A stretch of DNA of 64,000 nt, taken from an uncultured Clostridia bacterium (lineage in GTDB: Bacteria > Bacillota > Clostridia > Christensenellales > UBA1242). Below the pieces are notes generated by a model. It worked only from the letters and a program-made list of their open reading frames with translations. It ran no database searches and was not told where the DNA came from. Positions 1 through 10,200 of the stretch are shown here, in pieces; within the stretch, counting starts at the first letter, position 1; the number at the start of each line of letters is the position of its first letter. A program made the position numbers and the translations under genes. Location: assembly GCA_934793215.1 (NCBI GenBank), contig CAKVOP010000002.1, forward strand, positions 193,859 to 257,858. Reading direction: 5' to 3'.

Positions 1-3000
1 GAAGGTTTGTGTCTCCACTAGATTCAACTTTTACTTTTTTAAGCATTTGTCTAATAATAATTTCAACATGCTTATCATTAACAGTAACCGATTGTCCTCT
101 GTATGTGCCAATAACTTCTTTAAGGAGATATTCTTGAACACCTTTAACACCCTTAATCATAAGGAGGTCAGCTGGGTTTACGGCACCTGCAACAAATTGA
201 GTTCCTGGTTCAACAGTTTGTCCGTTTTCAACGAGAACAACTGCTGGCTTCTTTGCTTCGTATTCAACTTCATTACCATCTTTTGTAGTGACAGTAAAGT
301 AGTAATATTTTGCATCTTGTCTAATCGCAAGTTTTCCTGCGACTTCACAAAGAGCGGCTTCACCTTTTGGTTTTCTTGCTTCAAAGATTTCTTCTACTCT
401 TGGAAGACCTTGAGTAATATCAAGCGCAGAAGCAACACCACCAGAGTGAATTGTTCTCATGGTAAGCTGTGTACCAGGTTCACCAATTGATTGTGCTGCA
501 ATAATTCCAACTGCTTCACCAACATTAACCATACTCTTGTTTGCAAGATCTCTACCATAGCACTTTGCACATACGCCATGTTTGCAACGGCAAGTGAGAA
601 TAGTTCTAATAGCTACTTGCTTAATTCCTGCTCTCTCAATTTTTTGAGATTGCTCAAATGTAATCATTTCGTTTGCAGGAACGATAATTTCACCAGTAGT
701 AGGATTTATAATATCTTCAACGGCTACTCTTCCATATATTCTTTCTGCAAGTCCTTCAATTACATTATTTCCATCCATAAGTGCTGTAACTTGCATTCCT
801 TTCACCTTTTCTCCAAGGTCTGCAAAGCAGTCTTCAGTTGTAACTACGACATCTTGGCTGACATCAACAAGACGACGGGTAAGGTAACCAGCATCAGCAG
901 TTTTGAGCGCCATATCGGTAAGACCTTTTCTTGCACCACGAGTATCAAGGAAGTATTCAATTGGTGTTAGTCCGTGAACGAATGATGACTTGATTGGGAC
1001 ATCAATTTTTTCACCAGAAGCGGTTGTCATAATGCCGACCATACCGCAAATAGAGTTGATTTGGTCTTTGTTACCACGAGCACCAGAAACAAACATAATT
1101 TTAAATGGGTTGAAATCATCAAGTGACTCTATGAGTTTAACTTGAACTTTGTCCTTTGCATCGCCCCAAAGAGCCATGTTGTTTTTAACTTTTTCTTCAT
1201 AAGTGATAAGACCACGTTTATAAAGTTTTTCGTTTTCAATAACTTTTTGTTCTGTTTCTGCCAAAATTTCAGGCTTTTCTTTTGGCTCTTGAATATCAAA
1301 TACATTAACAGTAAGAGCACTCAATGTGGCATATTTGTAACCAGTTGATTTAATTCTATCCATGAGTTTAGCACATTCGCTTGTCCCATGTTTATCATAT
1401 TCTCTTGCAAGAATAGCTTGAAGAGTCTTTTTCCCAACAGGTTCGTTGAATTCAAGTTCACAGATGTTATCAGGGTTTGTTCTATCTACAAATCCAAGAT
1501 CTTGTGGAACTTGTTCATTGAAAAGAAGTCTTCCAACTGTTGTTTCAACAAGTTTTGTGTATTTCTTTCCATCTACCTCTTTTTCAAGTCTTACCTTAAT
1601 AAGTGCTTGAATATGAAGATTTTGTGTTTGATAAGCAATAATTGCTTCTTCTTTTGAAGCAAACACACTACCTTCTCCAAGTACCCCAGGTTTTACCAAA
1701 GTCATATAATAGCAACCCAAGATAATATCTTGTGATGGAGTAATGATAGGTTCACCGTCTGAAGGTTTAAGAAGGTTGTTTGATGCAAGCATAAGTGTTC
1801 TAGCTTCCGTTCTTGCATCAAGAGAAAGTGGAACATGGACTGGCATCTGGTCACCATCGAAGTCGGCGTTGAACGCTGCACAAACTGATGGGTGAAGTTT
1901 AATTGCTCTACCTTCTACAAGAACAGGTTCAAATGCTTGAACTGAAAGTCTGTGAAGAGTTGGAGCACGGTTAAGAAGAACTGGATGATCTTTGATTACT
2001 TCTGAAAGTATATCCCAAACCACAGGTTTTTCTTTTTCAATCATGCGTTTTGCTGATTTAATGTTATGAGACTTATTAAGGTCAACAAGTCTGTTCATAA
2101 TGAAAGGCTTGAAAAGTTCAAGAGCCATTTCTTTTGGCAATCCGCATTGATACATTTTAAGTTCTGGTCCAACTACAATAACTGAACGACCAGAGTAGTC
2201 AACACGCTTACCAAGAAGGTTAAGTCTAAATCTACCCTGCTTACCACCGAGCATTGCTGTAAGTGATTTAAGGTCGCGTTGTTTAGAACTTTGAACGGCT
2301 TTACCGCGTTTACCATTATCAATAAGGTTATCAACAGCCTCTTGAAGCATTCTCTTTTCGTTTCTTACGATAACATCAGGAGCCCCAAGTTCCATAAGTT
2401 TTTTAAGACGGTTATTTCTGTTGATTACGCGTCTGTAAAGATCATTGAGGTCACTTGTTGCGTATCTTCCGCCGTCAAGTGGAACCATTGGACGAAGATC
2501 AGGTGGAAGAACAGGGATAACATCAAGAATCATCCATGTAGGATCATTTCCACTCTTTAAGAAAGACTCGACAACATCAAGTTTTTTCATTGCCTTGAGT
2601 CTTCTTTGACCTTTAAGAGTTACAAGTGCTTCTTTAAGCATCTTTTCCTCTTTTGCGAGGTCCACTTCACCAAGGAGGCGTTTAATTGCCTCTGCACCCA
2701 TACCTACTTCAAAAGCACCTTCGCCATATTTTTCAAGAGCATCGTTGTATTCTTTATCAGTTATTACTTGTTTATAAGTGAGGTCTGTCTTTTTAGGATC
2801 GAGAACTACATAGCAAACATAGTAAACAATTTGTTCAAGAACTTTTGGTGTGAATTCAAGAAGTGTTCCAATTTTAGATGGAATATTTCTAAAAAACCAA
2901 ATGTGAGAGCAAGGAGCAGCAAGTTCAATGTGTCCCATTCTTTCACGGCGCACTTTTGCTCTTGTAACTTCTACTCCACACTTGTCACATACAACACCTT

Positions 3001-3211
3001 TATAGCGAATTCTTTTGTATCTTCCGCATTGGCATTCCCAGTCTTTTCTAGGTCCAAAAATCTTCTCGCAGAAGAGACCATCTCTCTCAGGTTTTTGCGT
3101 TCTATAATTGATAGTTTCTGGTTTAGTAACTTCACCATGAGACCATTCTCTAATCTTTTCAGGTGAAGCGATTCCAATTTGAATGGAATCAAAGTTGTTT
3201 AATTCAAACAT
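1..3211 (-). CDS. rpoC: DNA-directed RNA polymerase subunit beta' (5' part; C-terminus lies beyond the left window edge)
   Basis: Absent from the ORF track because it has no stop in the window. Reverse-strand translation from the ATG at 3211..3209 reads [82 protein letters not shown], the beta' zinc-finger N-terminus. The frame stays open to base 1, where it reads ..[27 protein letters not shown]. It starts 21 nt after the rpoB stop, preceded by AAAAGGGGA. Confidence 0.95.
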   Translation of the reverse strand, partial: MFELNNFDSIQIGIASPEKIREWSHGEVTKPETINYRTQKPERDGLFCEKIFGPRKDWECQCGRYKRIRYKGVVCDKCGVEVTRAKVRRERMGHIELAAPCSHIWFFRNIPSKIGTLLEFTPKVLEQIVYYVCYVVLDPKKTDLTYKQVITDKEYNDALEKYGEGAFEVGMGAEAIKRLLGEVDLAKEEKMLKEALVTLKGQRRLKAMKKLDVVESFLKSGNDPTWMILDVIPVLPPDLRPMVPLDGGRYATSDLNDLYRRVINRNNRLKKLMELGAPDVIVRNEKRMLQEAVDNLIDNGKRGKAVQSSKQRDLKSLTAMLGGKQGRFRLNLLGKRVDYSGRSVIVVGPELKMYQCGLPKEMALELFKPFIMNRLVDLNKSHNIKSAKRMIEKEKPVVWDILSEVIKDHPVLLNRAPTLHRLSVQAFEPVLVEGRAIKLHPSVCAAFNADFDGDQMPVHVPLSLDARTEARTLMLASNNLLKPSDGEPIITPSQDIILGCYYMTLVKPGVLGEGSVFASKEEAIIAYQTQNLHIQALIKVRLEKEVDGKKYTKLVETTVGRLLFNEQVPQDLGFVDRTNPDNICELEFNEPVGKKTLQAILAREYDKHGTSECAKLMDRIKSTGYKYATLSALTVNVFDIQEPKEKPEILAETEQKVIENEKLYKRGLITYEEKVKNNMALWGDAKDKVQVKLIESLDDFNPFKIMFVSGARGNKDQINSICGMVGIMTTASGEKIDVPIKSSFVHGLTPIEYFLDTRGARKGLTDMALKTADAGYLTRRLVDVSQDVVVTTEDCFADLGEKVKGMQVTALMDGNNVIEGLAERIYGRVAVEDIINPTTGEIIVPANEMITFEQSQKIERAGIKQVAIRTILTCRCKHGVCAKCYGRDLANKSMVNVGEAVGIIAAQSIGEPGTQLTMRTIHSGGVASALDITQGLPRVEEIFEARKPKGEAALCEVAGKLAIRQDAKYYYFTVTTKDGNEVEYEAKKPAVVLVENGQTVEPGTQFVAGAVNPADLLMIKGVKGVQEYLLKEVIGTYRGQSVTVNDKHVEIIIRQMLKKVKVESSGDTNL

Positions 3212-3232
3212 ATCAAATCCCCTTTTCCTAGA

Positions 3233-6200
3233 TTATTCATCGAAATCGCCGAAGTCATCGAAAATATCAAGATTGTCAAGATTGTCATTCTTGGTGCTTT
3301 CTTCAAAAACCTCTTTGAAATCTTTGTCGTCTTCTTCTTGCTTGTTAGAAGATGTATCGTTTAACCCCTGCTCGAAATCGAAAATGCCTTCTTCAAGATC
3401 TTTTTCGGTTTCTTGGGCCATTGTATTTGTTTGGTCTTGTTCATCTTGGCTGAGTTCTCCAAGAGAAATCTCTTTGTTACCCTCTGTCAAGATTTTAACA
3501 TCAAGTCCCAGTGCTTGCAATTCCTTAATGAGAACCTTGAATGATTCTGGAATTCCAGGTTCAGCAATAGGCAAGCCTTTAATAATAGATTCGTAAGTTT
3601 TAAGACGTCCGTTAAGGTCATCTGACTTAACTGTAAGCATTTCTTGAAGAATATGACTTGCACCATAAGCCTCAAGAGCCCAAACTTCCATTTCACCAAA
3701 TCTTTGACCACCAAAGAGTGATTTACCACCAAGTGGTTGTTGAGTGATAAGGGCGTATGGTCCAATAGAACGAGCATGGATTTTTGAGTCAACCATGTGT
3801 TCAAGTTTAAGCATATATTTCATACCAACTGTTGAAAGTGTATCAAAAGGTTGTCCTGTTCTACCATCGAAAAGTTGAACTTTACCATCTGGACGGAAGT
3901 TATTTTCAACTAAAAGTTGTTGAATTTCTTGTGTTGTAGCACCATCAAATGCTGGCGTAGCAACTTTCCAACCAAGACTCTTTGCAACAAGTCCAAGGTG
4001 AACTTCCATAAGTTGTCCCATATTCATACGAGATGGAATACCAAGAGGGCTGAGAACAATGTCAAGAGGTTGACCATTTGCCATATAAGGCATATCTGCC
4101 TCTGGAAGAACGATTGAAACGCAACCTTTGTTTCCGTATCTTCCGCACATCTTATCGCCGACAGAGATTTTTCTCTTTTGAGCGACAGTAACTCTAACCA
4201 TCATTGTAACGCCAGGTTCAAGATCGTCTTTATTTTTCTTTGAGAACACTTGGACATCGACAACAACACCACCTTTACCATGTTGAACACGGAGTGATGT
4301 ATCTCTAACATCTCTTGCTTTATCACCAAAGATAGCTCTTAAAAGTCTTTCCTCAGGAGTAAGGTCAGTTTCTCCCTTTGGAGTAACTTTACCAACAAGG
4401 ATATCATTAGGACGAACTTCTGCACCAATTCTAACAATACCATTTTCATCAAGGTCTTTAAGTGCATCTTCACCAAGGTTTGGAATATCACGAGTGATAC
4501 ATTCGTCACCAAGTTTAGTTGTTCTGCACTTTATTTCATGGTCATAAAGCGTGATTGAAGTATAAACATCATCTTTAACAAGTCTTTCGTTAATGATGAT
4601 AGCATCTTCGAAGTTTTGTCCTTCCCAGTTCATATACCCAATAAGGACATTTCGTCCAACGGCAAGTTCACCTTTATCGGTTGAATATCCGTCAGTAAGG
4701 ACATCTCCTTCTTTAACCTCTTCACCTTTTACAACGCAAGGTTTTTGGTTGAAGCAAACATCGTCGTTTGCCTTTGCAAATTTTGCAAGAGTATAAATAT
4801 CTTCTTGTCCATTTTCAGCAAGAACTCTAATTTCATCGGCTGAAACATAACTTACTTTACCAGCATGTTTTGCAAGGATAACCGCTCCACTATCACGTGC
4901 AGCGATAGCTTCCATACCTGTTCCAACAATAGGAGCTTCGGCTCTTAAAAGTGGAACAGCCTGACGTTGCATGTTTGATCCCATAAGACAACGCTTTGCA
5001 TCATTACCGCCAACAAATGGAATAAGGCTGGTCGCAACAGAAATAATTTGTCTTGGAGAACAATCAACATAGTCAACCTTGTTTGGTGCCACTTCTTCAA
5101 TTCCCGCACCATGTCTGCAAGTGATACGCTTATTTAAGAAATGTCCTTCTTCGTCAAGAGGTTCAATCGCTTCAGCGATGTAACTTTCATTTTCAACATC
5201 TGCCATCTTGTAAACAATGTCGTTTGTTACAACTCCTCTCTCTTTATCAACGACTCTATATGGAGTTTCAAGGAATCCATAGTCATTTACTTTTGCATAG
5301 GTTGCAAGCGTATTGATAAGACCGATTGATTGACCTTCTGGTGTTTCAACTGGACAAATTCTTCCGTAGTGTGTGAAGTGAATATCACGGATTTCAGGAT
5401 CTGCCCTTTCCTTTTTAATACCGCCAGGTCCAATAGCAGAGACACGGCGTTTTTGAGTCAACCCTGAAAGAGGGTTCTTTTGATCCATGATTTGTGAAAG
5501 TTGTGATTGAGAGAAGAAATCTCTTAATGCTTTATTAACAGCCTTTGGATTCATAATTTGTGAAGGGGTAACTTCAACAAACTCTCTTCCTTGAAGTGTT
5601 TCTTTTACATTAATTGATAGTTTTGTTACTCCTTTTCTAAATGCATCACAAGTAAGTTCTCCAACAGTTGCAACGCGTTTGTTTGAAAGGTGTTCAATTT
5701 TATCGATTGTTCCAATTCCTTCAAGACAGTCAAGGTAGCAAGAAATTGTTGCTAAAATATCGTCCATTGTTAAAGTTGTAATAACAAGGTCTTTTGCACG
5801 CTCTTTAATCGCCTCAATTCTCTTTTCCTTTGTTTTGTTTTCTTTAAGAATTTGAGAAAGGACTGGATAATAAACTTCTTCGTAAATTCCATACTCTTCA
5901 GCGTTACATGGGAATACTTCACTCAAAGTAACTCTTGCGTTACCTCTCATAAGGTGACGCTTACCATTAATTTGTACCCAAACTTCGTTTACGCCCGCAT
6001 TTTGAACTCTCTCTGCACTTTCTTTTGTGAATTCCTCACCTGCTTTAACAAGAAGTTCGTCATCAACGATGATGTTGTCAGCATTAATAAGGCCAACAAG
6101 TCTGTCTTTAAGGCCAAGCTTTTTATTAAATTTATATCTACCAACTCTCGAAAGGTTGTAGTAAGCGTCTGTAAAGAATGAAACATTTAAGAAACTTCTT

Positions 6201-6949
6201 GTACTTTCAGCAGAAGGTACATCGCTTGGACGAGTTTTTCTTGAAAACTCTATAAGAGCTTCTTCTTGTGTTGTTTGAGTTTCTCTGTCAAGAACATTTT
6301 TGATGTAACGATTGTTTCCAAAAAGTTTTAAAATTTCTTCGTTTGTAAAACCAAAACATTTAAGGAAAAGTCCAAGACTGATTTTATTTTTTCTTTCAAG
6401 AACAATTTTAAGGTTTTCATTGGCACCTTGTTCAATTTCAATCCATGCACCATGAACTGGAATCATTTGTGCACGAAGAGTTGCATTATTGTCTTTATCC
6501 CTAGACATATAAACACTTGGTGCACGAACAATCTGGTTAATAACAACTCTTTCAATTCCGTTATAGATAAATGAACCTTGTTCTGTCATCATAGGAACGT
6601 CTCCCATGAAGACCTCTTGCTCAACCGCTTGTCCAGTTTCTTCTACAACAAAACGAGCCTTTACTTTTAAAGGTGCTGAGTAAGTTGCTCCTCTACGCTT
6701 GCATTCTTTAATATCATATTTTGGTTCTGCAAAAGGAAGAACTTCAGTGATATAAAGTTTTGCTTTGCCAGAGTAGTCTGTTATAGGGAAGAATTCATCA
6801 AGAACTTTTTGAATACCCTTGGTGAGAAAATCCTTATATGACTTCTTTTGAATTTCAAGAAGTGGTGGGACTTTGATAAGTTCCTCGCAATGACCGAAAG
6901 TATATCTTTCTGTTTTTCCTTGCTTGATTTTTTTGACATTTACAGACAT
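3233..6949 (-). CDS. rpoB: DNA-directed RNA polymerase subunit beta, with an acidic C-terminal tail of about 85 aa
   Basis: 1238-aa ORF carrying beta-subunit signatures (GDKMCGRYGNKGCVS, GGQRFGEMEVWALEAYGA, NMQRQAVPL). RBS AAGGAGAAG lies upstream of the ATG. rpoC follows immediately. Confidence 0.97.
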   Translation of the reverse strand: MSVNVKKIKQGKTERYTFGHCEELIKVPPLLEIQKKSYKDFLTKGIQKVLDEFFPITDYSGKAKLYITEVLPFAEPKYDIKECKRRGATYSAPLKVKARFVVEETGQAVEQEVFMGDVPMMTEQGSFIYNGIERVVINQIVRAPSVYMSRDKDNNATLRAQMIPVHGAWIEIEQGANENLKIVLERKNKISLGLFLKCFGFTNEEILKLFGNNRYIKNVLDRETQTTQEEALIEFSRKTRPSDVPSAESTRSFLNVSFFTDAYYNLSRVGRYKFNKKLGLKDRLVGLINADNIIVDDELLVKAGEEFTKESAERVQNAGVNEVWVQINGKRHLMRGNARVTLSEVFPCNAEEYGIYEEVYYPVLSQILKENKTKEKRIEAIKERAKDLVITTLTMDDILATISCYLDCLEGIGTIDKIEHLSNKRVATVGELTCDAFRKGVTKLSINVKETLQGREFVEVTPSQIMNPKAVNKALRDFFSQSQLSQIMDQKNPLSGLTQKRRVSAIGPGGIKKERADPEIRDIHFTHYGRICPVETPEGQSIGLINTLATYAKVNDYGFLETPYRVVDKERGVVTNDIVYKMADVENESYIAEAIEPLDEEGHFLNKRITCRHGAGIEEVAPNKVDYVDCSPRQIISVATSLIPFVGGNDAKRCLMGSNMQRQAVPLLRAEAPIVGTGMEAIAARDSGAVILAKHAGKVSYVSADEIRVLAENGQEDIYTLAKFAKANDDVCFNQKPCVVKGEEVKEGDVLTDGYSTDKGELAVGRNVLIGYMNWEGQNFEDAIIINERLVKDDVYTSITLYDHEIKCRTTKLGDECITRDIPNLGEDALKDLDENGIVRIGAEVRPNDILVGKVTPKGETDLTPEERLLRAIFGDKARDVRDTSLRVQHGKGGVVVDVQVFSKKNKDDLEPGVTMMVRVTVAQKRKISVGDKMCGRYGNKGCVSIVLPEADMPYMANGQPLDIVLSPLGIPSRMNMGQLMEVHLGLVAKSLGWKVATPAFDGATTQEIQQLLVENNFRPDGKVQLFDGRTGQPFDTLSTVGMKYMLKLEHMVDSKIHARSIGPYALITQQPLGGKSLFGGQRFGEMEVWALEAYGASHILQEMLTVKSDDLNGRLKTYESIIKGLPIAEPGIPESFKVLIKELQALGLDVKILTEGNKEISLGELSQDEQDQTNTMAQETEKDLEEGIFDFEQGLNDTSSNKQEEDDKDFKEVFEESTKNDNLDNLDIFDDFGDFDE

Positions 6950-6984
6950 TTGCTTCTCCTTATTTATTATCTTCTGCTAAAAGT

Positions 6985-7025
6985 AAAAAAAGGACTATGG
7001 CACACAAAAAATGCCATAAAGCCCC
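6985..7025 (-). terminator. Terminator-like hairpin inside the rpoB leader (possible attenuator)
   Basis: 7-bp stem TATGGCA (6996-7002) / TGCCATA (7012-7018). On the minus strand it is followed by GTCCTTTTTTT, and it ends about 45 nt upstream of the rpoB ATG. Confidence 0.4.
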
Positions 7026-7080
7026 TTTTTTATTAAGTTATAAAACTTCACACTTCGCCACAGTTGACATATTCATCGTT

Positions 7081-7110
7081 ATTATAGCAAAAGAATTTGC
7101 AATTTGTCAA
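7081..7110 (-). promoter_or_regulatory. Candidate sigma-A promoter for rpoBC
   Basis: Minus strand reads TTGACA (7110-7105), an 18-nt spacer ending in TGC, then TATAAT (7086-7081), i.e. TGnTATAAT. This gives a leader of roughly 125 nt before the rpoB ATG. Confidence 0.5.
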
Positions 7111-7255
7111 CCATTTTTTAGCAAATAATCTAGATAATATACTATAAAATTTTAAATTCTCCAAACATTTTTGCGATATTTGATAAAATTTCACATTATT
7201 TTTATTTTTTATCATTAAAAATTTAAAATTAAACAATAATGTTGTCGGCAAATGC

Positions 7256-7278
7256 AGAGGCGCGTCTGACACGCCTCT
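7256..7278 (-). terminator. GC-rich hairpin just downstream of the giant gene stop
   Basis: AGAGGCG (7256-7262) pairs with CGCCTCT (7272-7278) around a 9-nt loop, starting about 20 nt after the stop at 7300. The T-tract on the minus strand is poor, so termination may be partial. Confidence 0.4.
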
Positions 7279-7299
7279 TTGCCACTTTTATTATAGTTT

Positions 7300-10200
7300 T
7301 TATTTGCCAAGTGTTGCTTTATTAAGCCATACAAGATTTTCAGCTTTTTCTATTGCAAGCGAAGTAAATGTATTCCAAGTATCAAAGTTCCAAACCTCGA
7401 CAAGTCCTGATTTTGACGTAGTAACCGTTTTACTAAATACATTTACATACGAGTTCTCATTGACACCAGTTTCACTCCCGTTTGAACGAGTAATATTATC
7501 GTAAACATTTCGTTCAGCATCGCGATAAACTTTTAGTTGTTTGAAGTTGCTTATATCCACCGAGTTGGTATTATCAAGTGTAAGACGCCCATCTCCGTTT
7601 TCAAACCTTTTCAGCAATTGGGTTGAATCACTAGAATTAAACATCCATGTCTCTGTCTCTGAGGTTTTATTATTTGTAAAGCCAACCTCTCTCACTATAA
7701 TATCCTTTACTCGAATTACTTGAAGGTCAGGTTTTTTGTAAAACAAGTTATTATTATACACATATCTGTTAATAAACAAATTGTTCATTATGCCACGATT
7801 GCCTTGAAGTGCAGCACTTGCACTATCATCAAGTGTTTCTCCGCTATCTTTTATACCTTGCCCATAATGGTTTACATGAAGGTCAATGTCCGCATCTTTG
7901 GTTTTTGTCCTGAAGGTTATATAAGATGCTTGATCTACAAAACTACCCGAATTTGACCCAAAGTAGTAAACATTGCTCGCTATAACATTTGGCTTATTTG
8001 AATCTTTCCCGCCATGCTCTGTCAAATTAAATGAAATTGTTCCATTGCCCTCTGCCTTCGGGCTTGTTGCAAAATTTTTAAGTCCACCTATAGCTCGGGA
8101 ATCATAAATTTCAGCATCGAAAATAGAAGTTGTATAGCAGTAAGCAAGTCTAAGCGTTCCAGTATTGAGTCCTACAAGTCCACTTGCGTAGACCGTTGAA
8201 TCAATACCAGAAGTACTTGTTCTTATTTTAATGTCAGCATTGCAATATGAGTTTGTAATTGTTGTTTGAGCCTCATTTTGAGCAACTATTCCGCCAACAA
8301 TAGGAGTTGCAGTTTGTCCTGCAACATTAATTGTTTCAGCATTGATAGCAACTGAATCAACAACAAGTGAAGTCAACACGGTTCCAACAGCACCGCCCGC
8401 AATTTGCCTTGCAAAAACGTCTGCTGTGGAAATGCAATCATAAATTCTTGATAATGAAGCACTTTCGGCCTCAACTGTTCCAACAAGTCCACCCACAACC
8501 TGAATGTAAGACTCATTAATGTTAAAATTGTTTACATTTAATGTTTGATATATAACAGCGTTATCAATAACTCCACCTGCCAGCCTACCCGTGATACCAC
8601 CAACAGCATACGGAATTCTTGCAGTTACATCAAAGATATTATTGTCAGTTCCATTATCTGAAACATAGGCGTGTGAAAGCGTTCCAACCACTTCACCAGC
8701 GATGAGTCCTGCAAAAAGGTTAGATTTTATTGTTGCAGAAGACTTTACATCGAGATATGTGTAGTTAACATAGGCATCTTTGCCAACGCCACCATAAACA
8801 AAGCCTGCCTTACCTCCAACGATAGAGTCAACATTTCCACTTCTCGCGTTATAAAGCGATCCTGTTCCAAGGAAGCCAGCGATTGAACCAGCATAAGAGA
8901 AATATCTTTCGTTCGTTGAAGTTTGATTATAAACAGTTTGGTCGAATGCAATATAAGCACTTGAAACGCTCATTTCACTGTAAACATCGGTAATTTCATA
9001 AGAGATTATTGCCTTACCTACAATTCCACCGACAAAGTTTGCTCCCAAAACTGTTGCACCATTTGAAGAATATGGTTTTACTGTTATGCCATGCAATTCG
9101 CCATATCTCAAAACACCAGCAACACCACCAACGTTTGTGGTTTCACTAAAATTCATTCTTTCAATTTCAAGATTAAGATTCTTTATAGAACCGCGTCTCA
9201 TTTGAGAATAACCAACGCCGGCAAACAATCCTGCACTAGCAAGTGCTTTGTTAGATTCAAGGCTTATATTTGAAACAGTCATGCCATTTCCTTCCATTGT
9301 GCCAGCAAATGTGACAGTATAAAGACTTGAAAGTCCTTCAAAAGCAGTATAATCAATATCATTCACGAGTCTAAAATTAGATATGTTAAGTCCAGACCTA
9401 GAAGTTGAAGAAAGAATCTCATCTTCCATTGATTTAGCATTATAAATAAGTCTTGGATTGTGAATTGACCCGCGTTCTGGACTATCTTCTTGATCGGTGT
9501 AGTAATAAGTTATATCTCCTGTTTCCTCATTCACAACAGCCGCATCAAAGATTCTTCGAGATAATGCTTGGGTGTTTGGATTTACAAGTTCAAGTCTACC
9601 TTTTGCAAAATCAATATTCTTTTCAGTGACTTCTCCAATAAACACAAGTTTACCCTTGATTGCCTCATCACTTGCGGCAGTGTCTCCACCTGTTACTTGG
9701 TACTCAACAAAATCACTAGTAGTTGTTCCGTTGGGATAGAACCAAACTGAACTATTTTCTATTGATTGTTTATGTGCATATTCGTTGAACTTATTATTGG
9801 AAGTTGGATCAAATTGTGCTTCTGATAATGCTTCAACCCCTTCAAATTGCAAGAATTTAAGGTCAACATTAATAGAATTATCCTTGTCACTTAAATAGTA
9901 GCAATTTGCAAAACTTCCTGTCTTATCTTCAAGTTTGTTTGTTTCAGCAAATCCAGATGAAGAATCCCTATTACTTGGAAGAAGAGAAACTGAATAACTA
10001 TTTCTTATTTGTCCTCCGTTTTGTCCAACAAATCCGGAAATTTTATAACCCATACCACCTTCGGTTGAAACAATGCCCTTAAGGTTGATATCTGTATAGC
10101 AGTCACTTATCAAACCAGCATTTTGATAAACAAATCCAGAAGCCGAGTAAGGTGAAGAAATAATTGAAGTGTCATCAACACCTATTGTCGTGTCATCTTT

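Noticed and set aside
47-3596. Series of plus-strand ORFs (47-490, 491-970, 2606-3166, 3183-3596 and others) listed in the ORF track.
   Set aside because: They lie antisense to the clearly identifiable rpoC/rpoB coding sequence and encode low-complexity, Cys/Phe/Asn-rich peptides. They are shadow ORFs of an AT-rich gene.
7048-7272. 74-aa minus-strand ORF in the spacer between the giant gene and rpoB.
   Set aside because: It has no RBS and an AT-rich junk-like sequence, and it overlaps the predicted rpoB promoter and the terminator hairpin. It is most likely non-coding.
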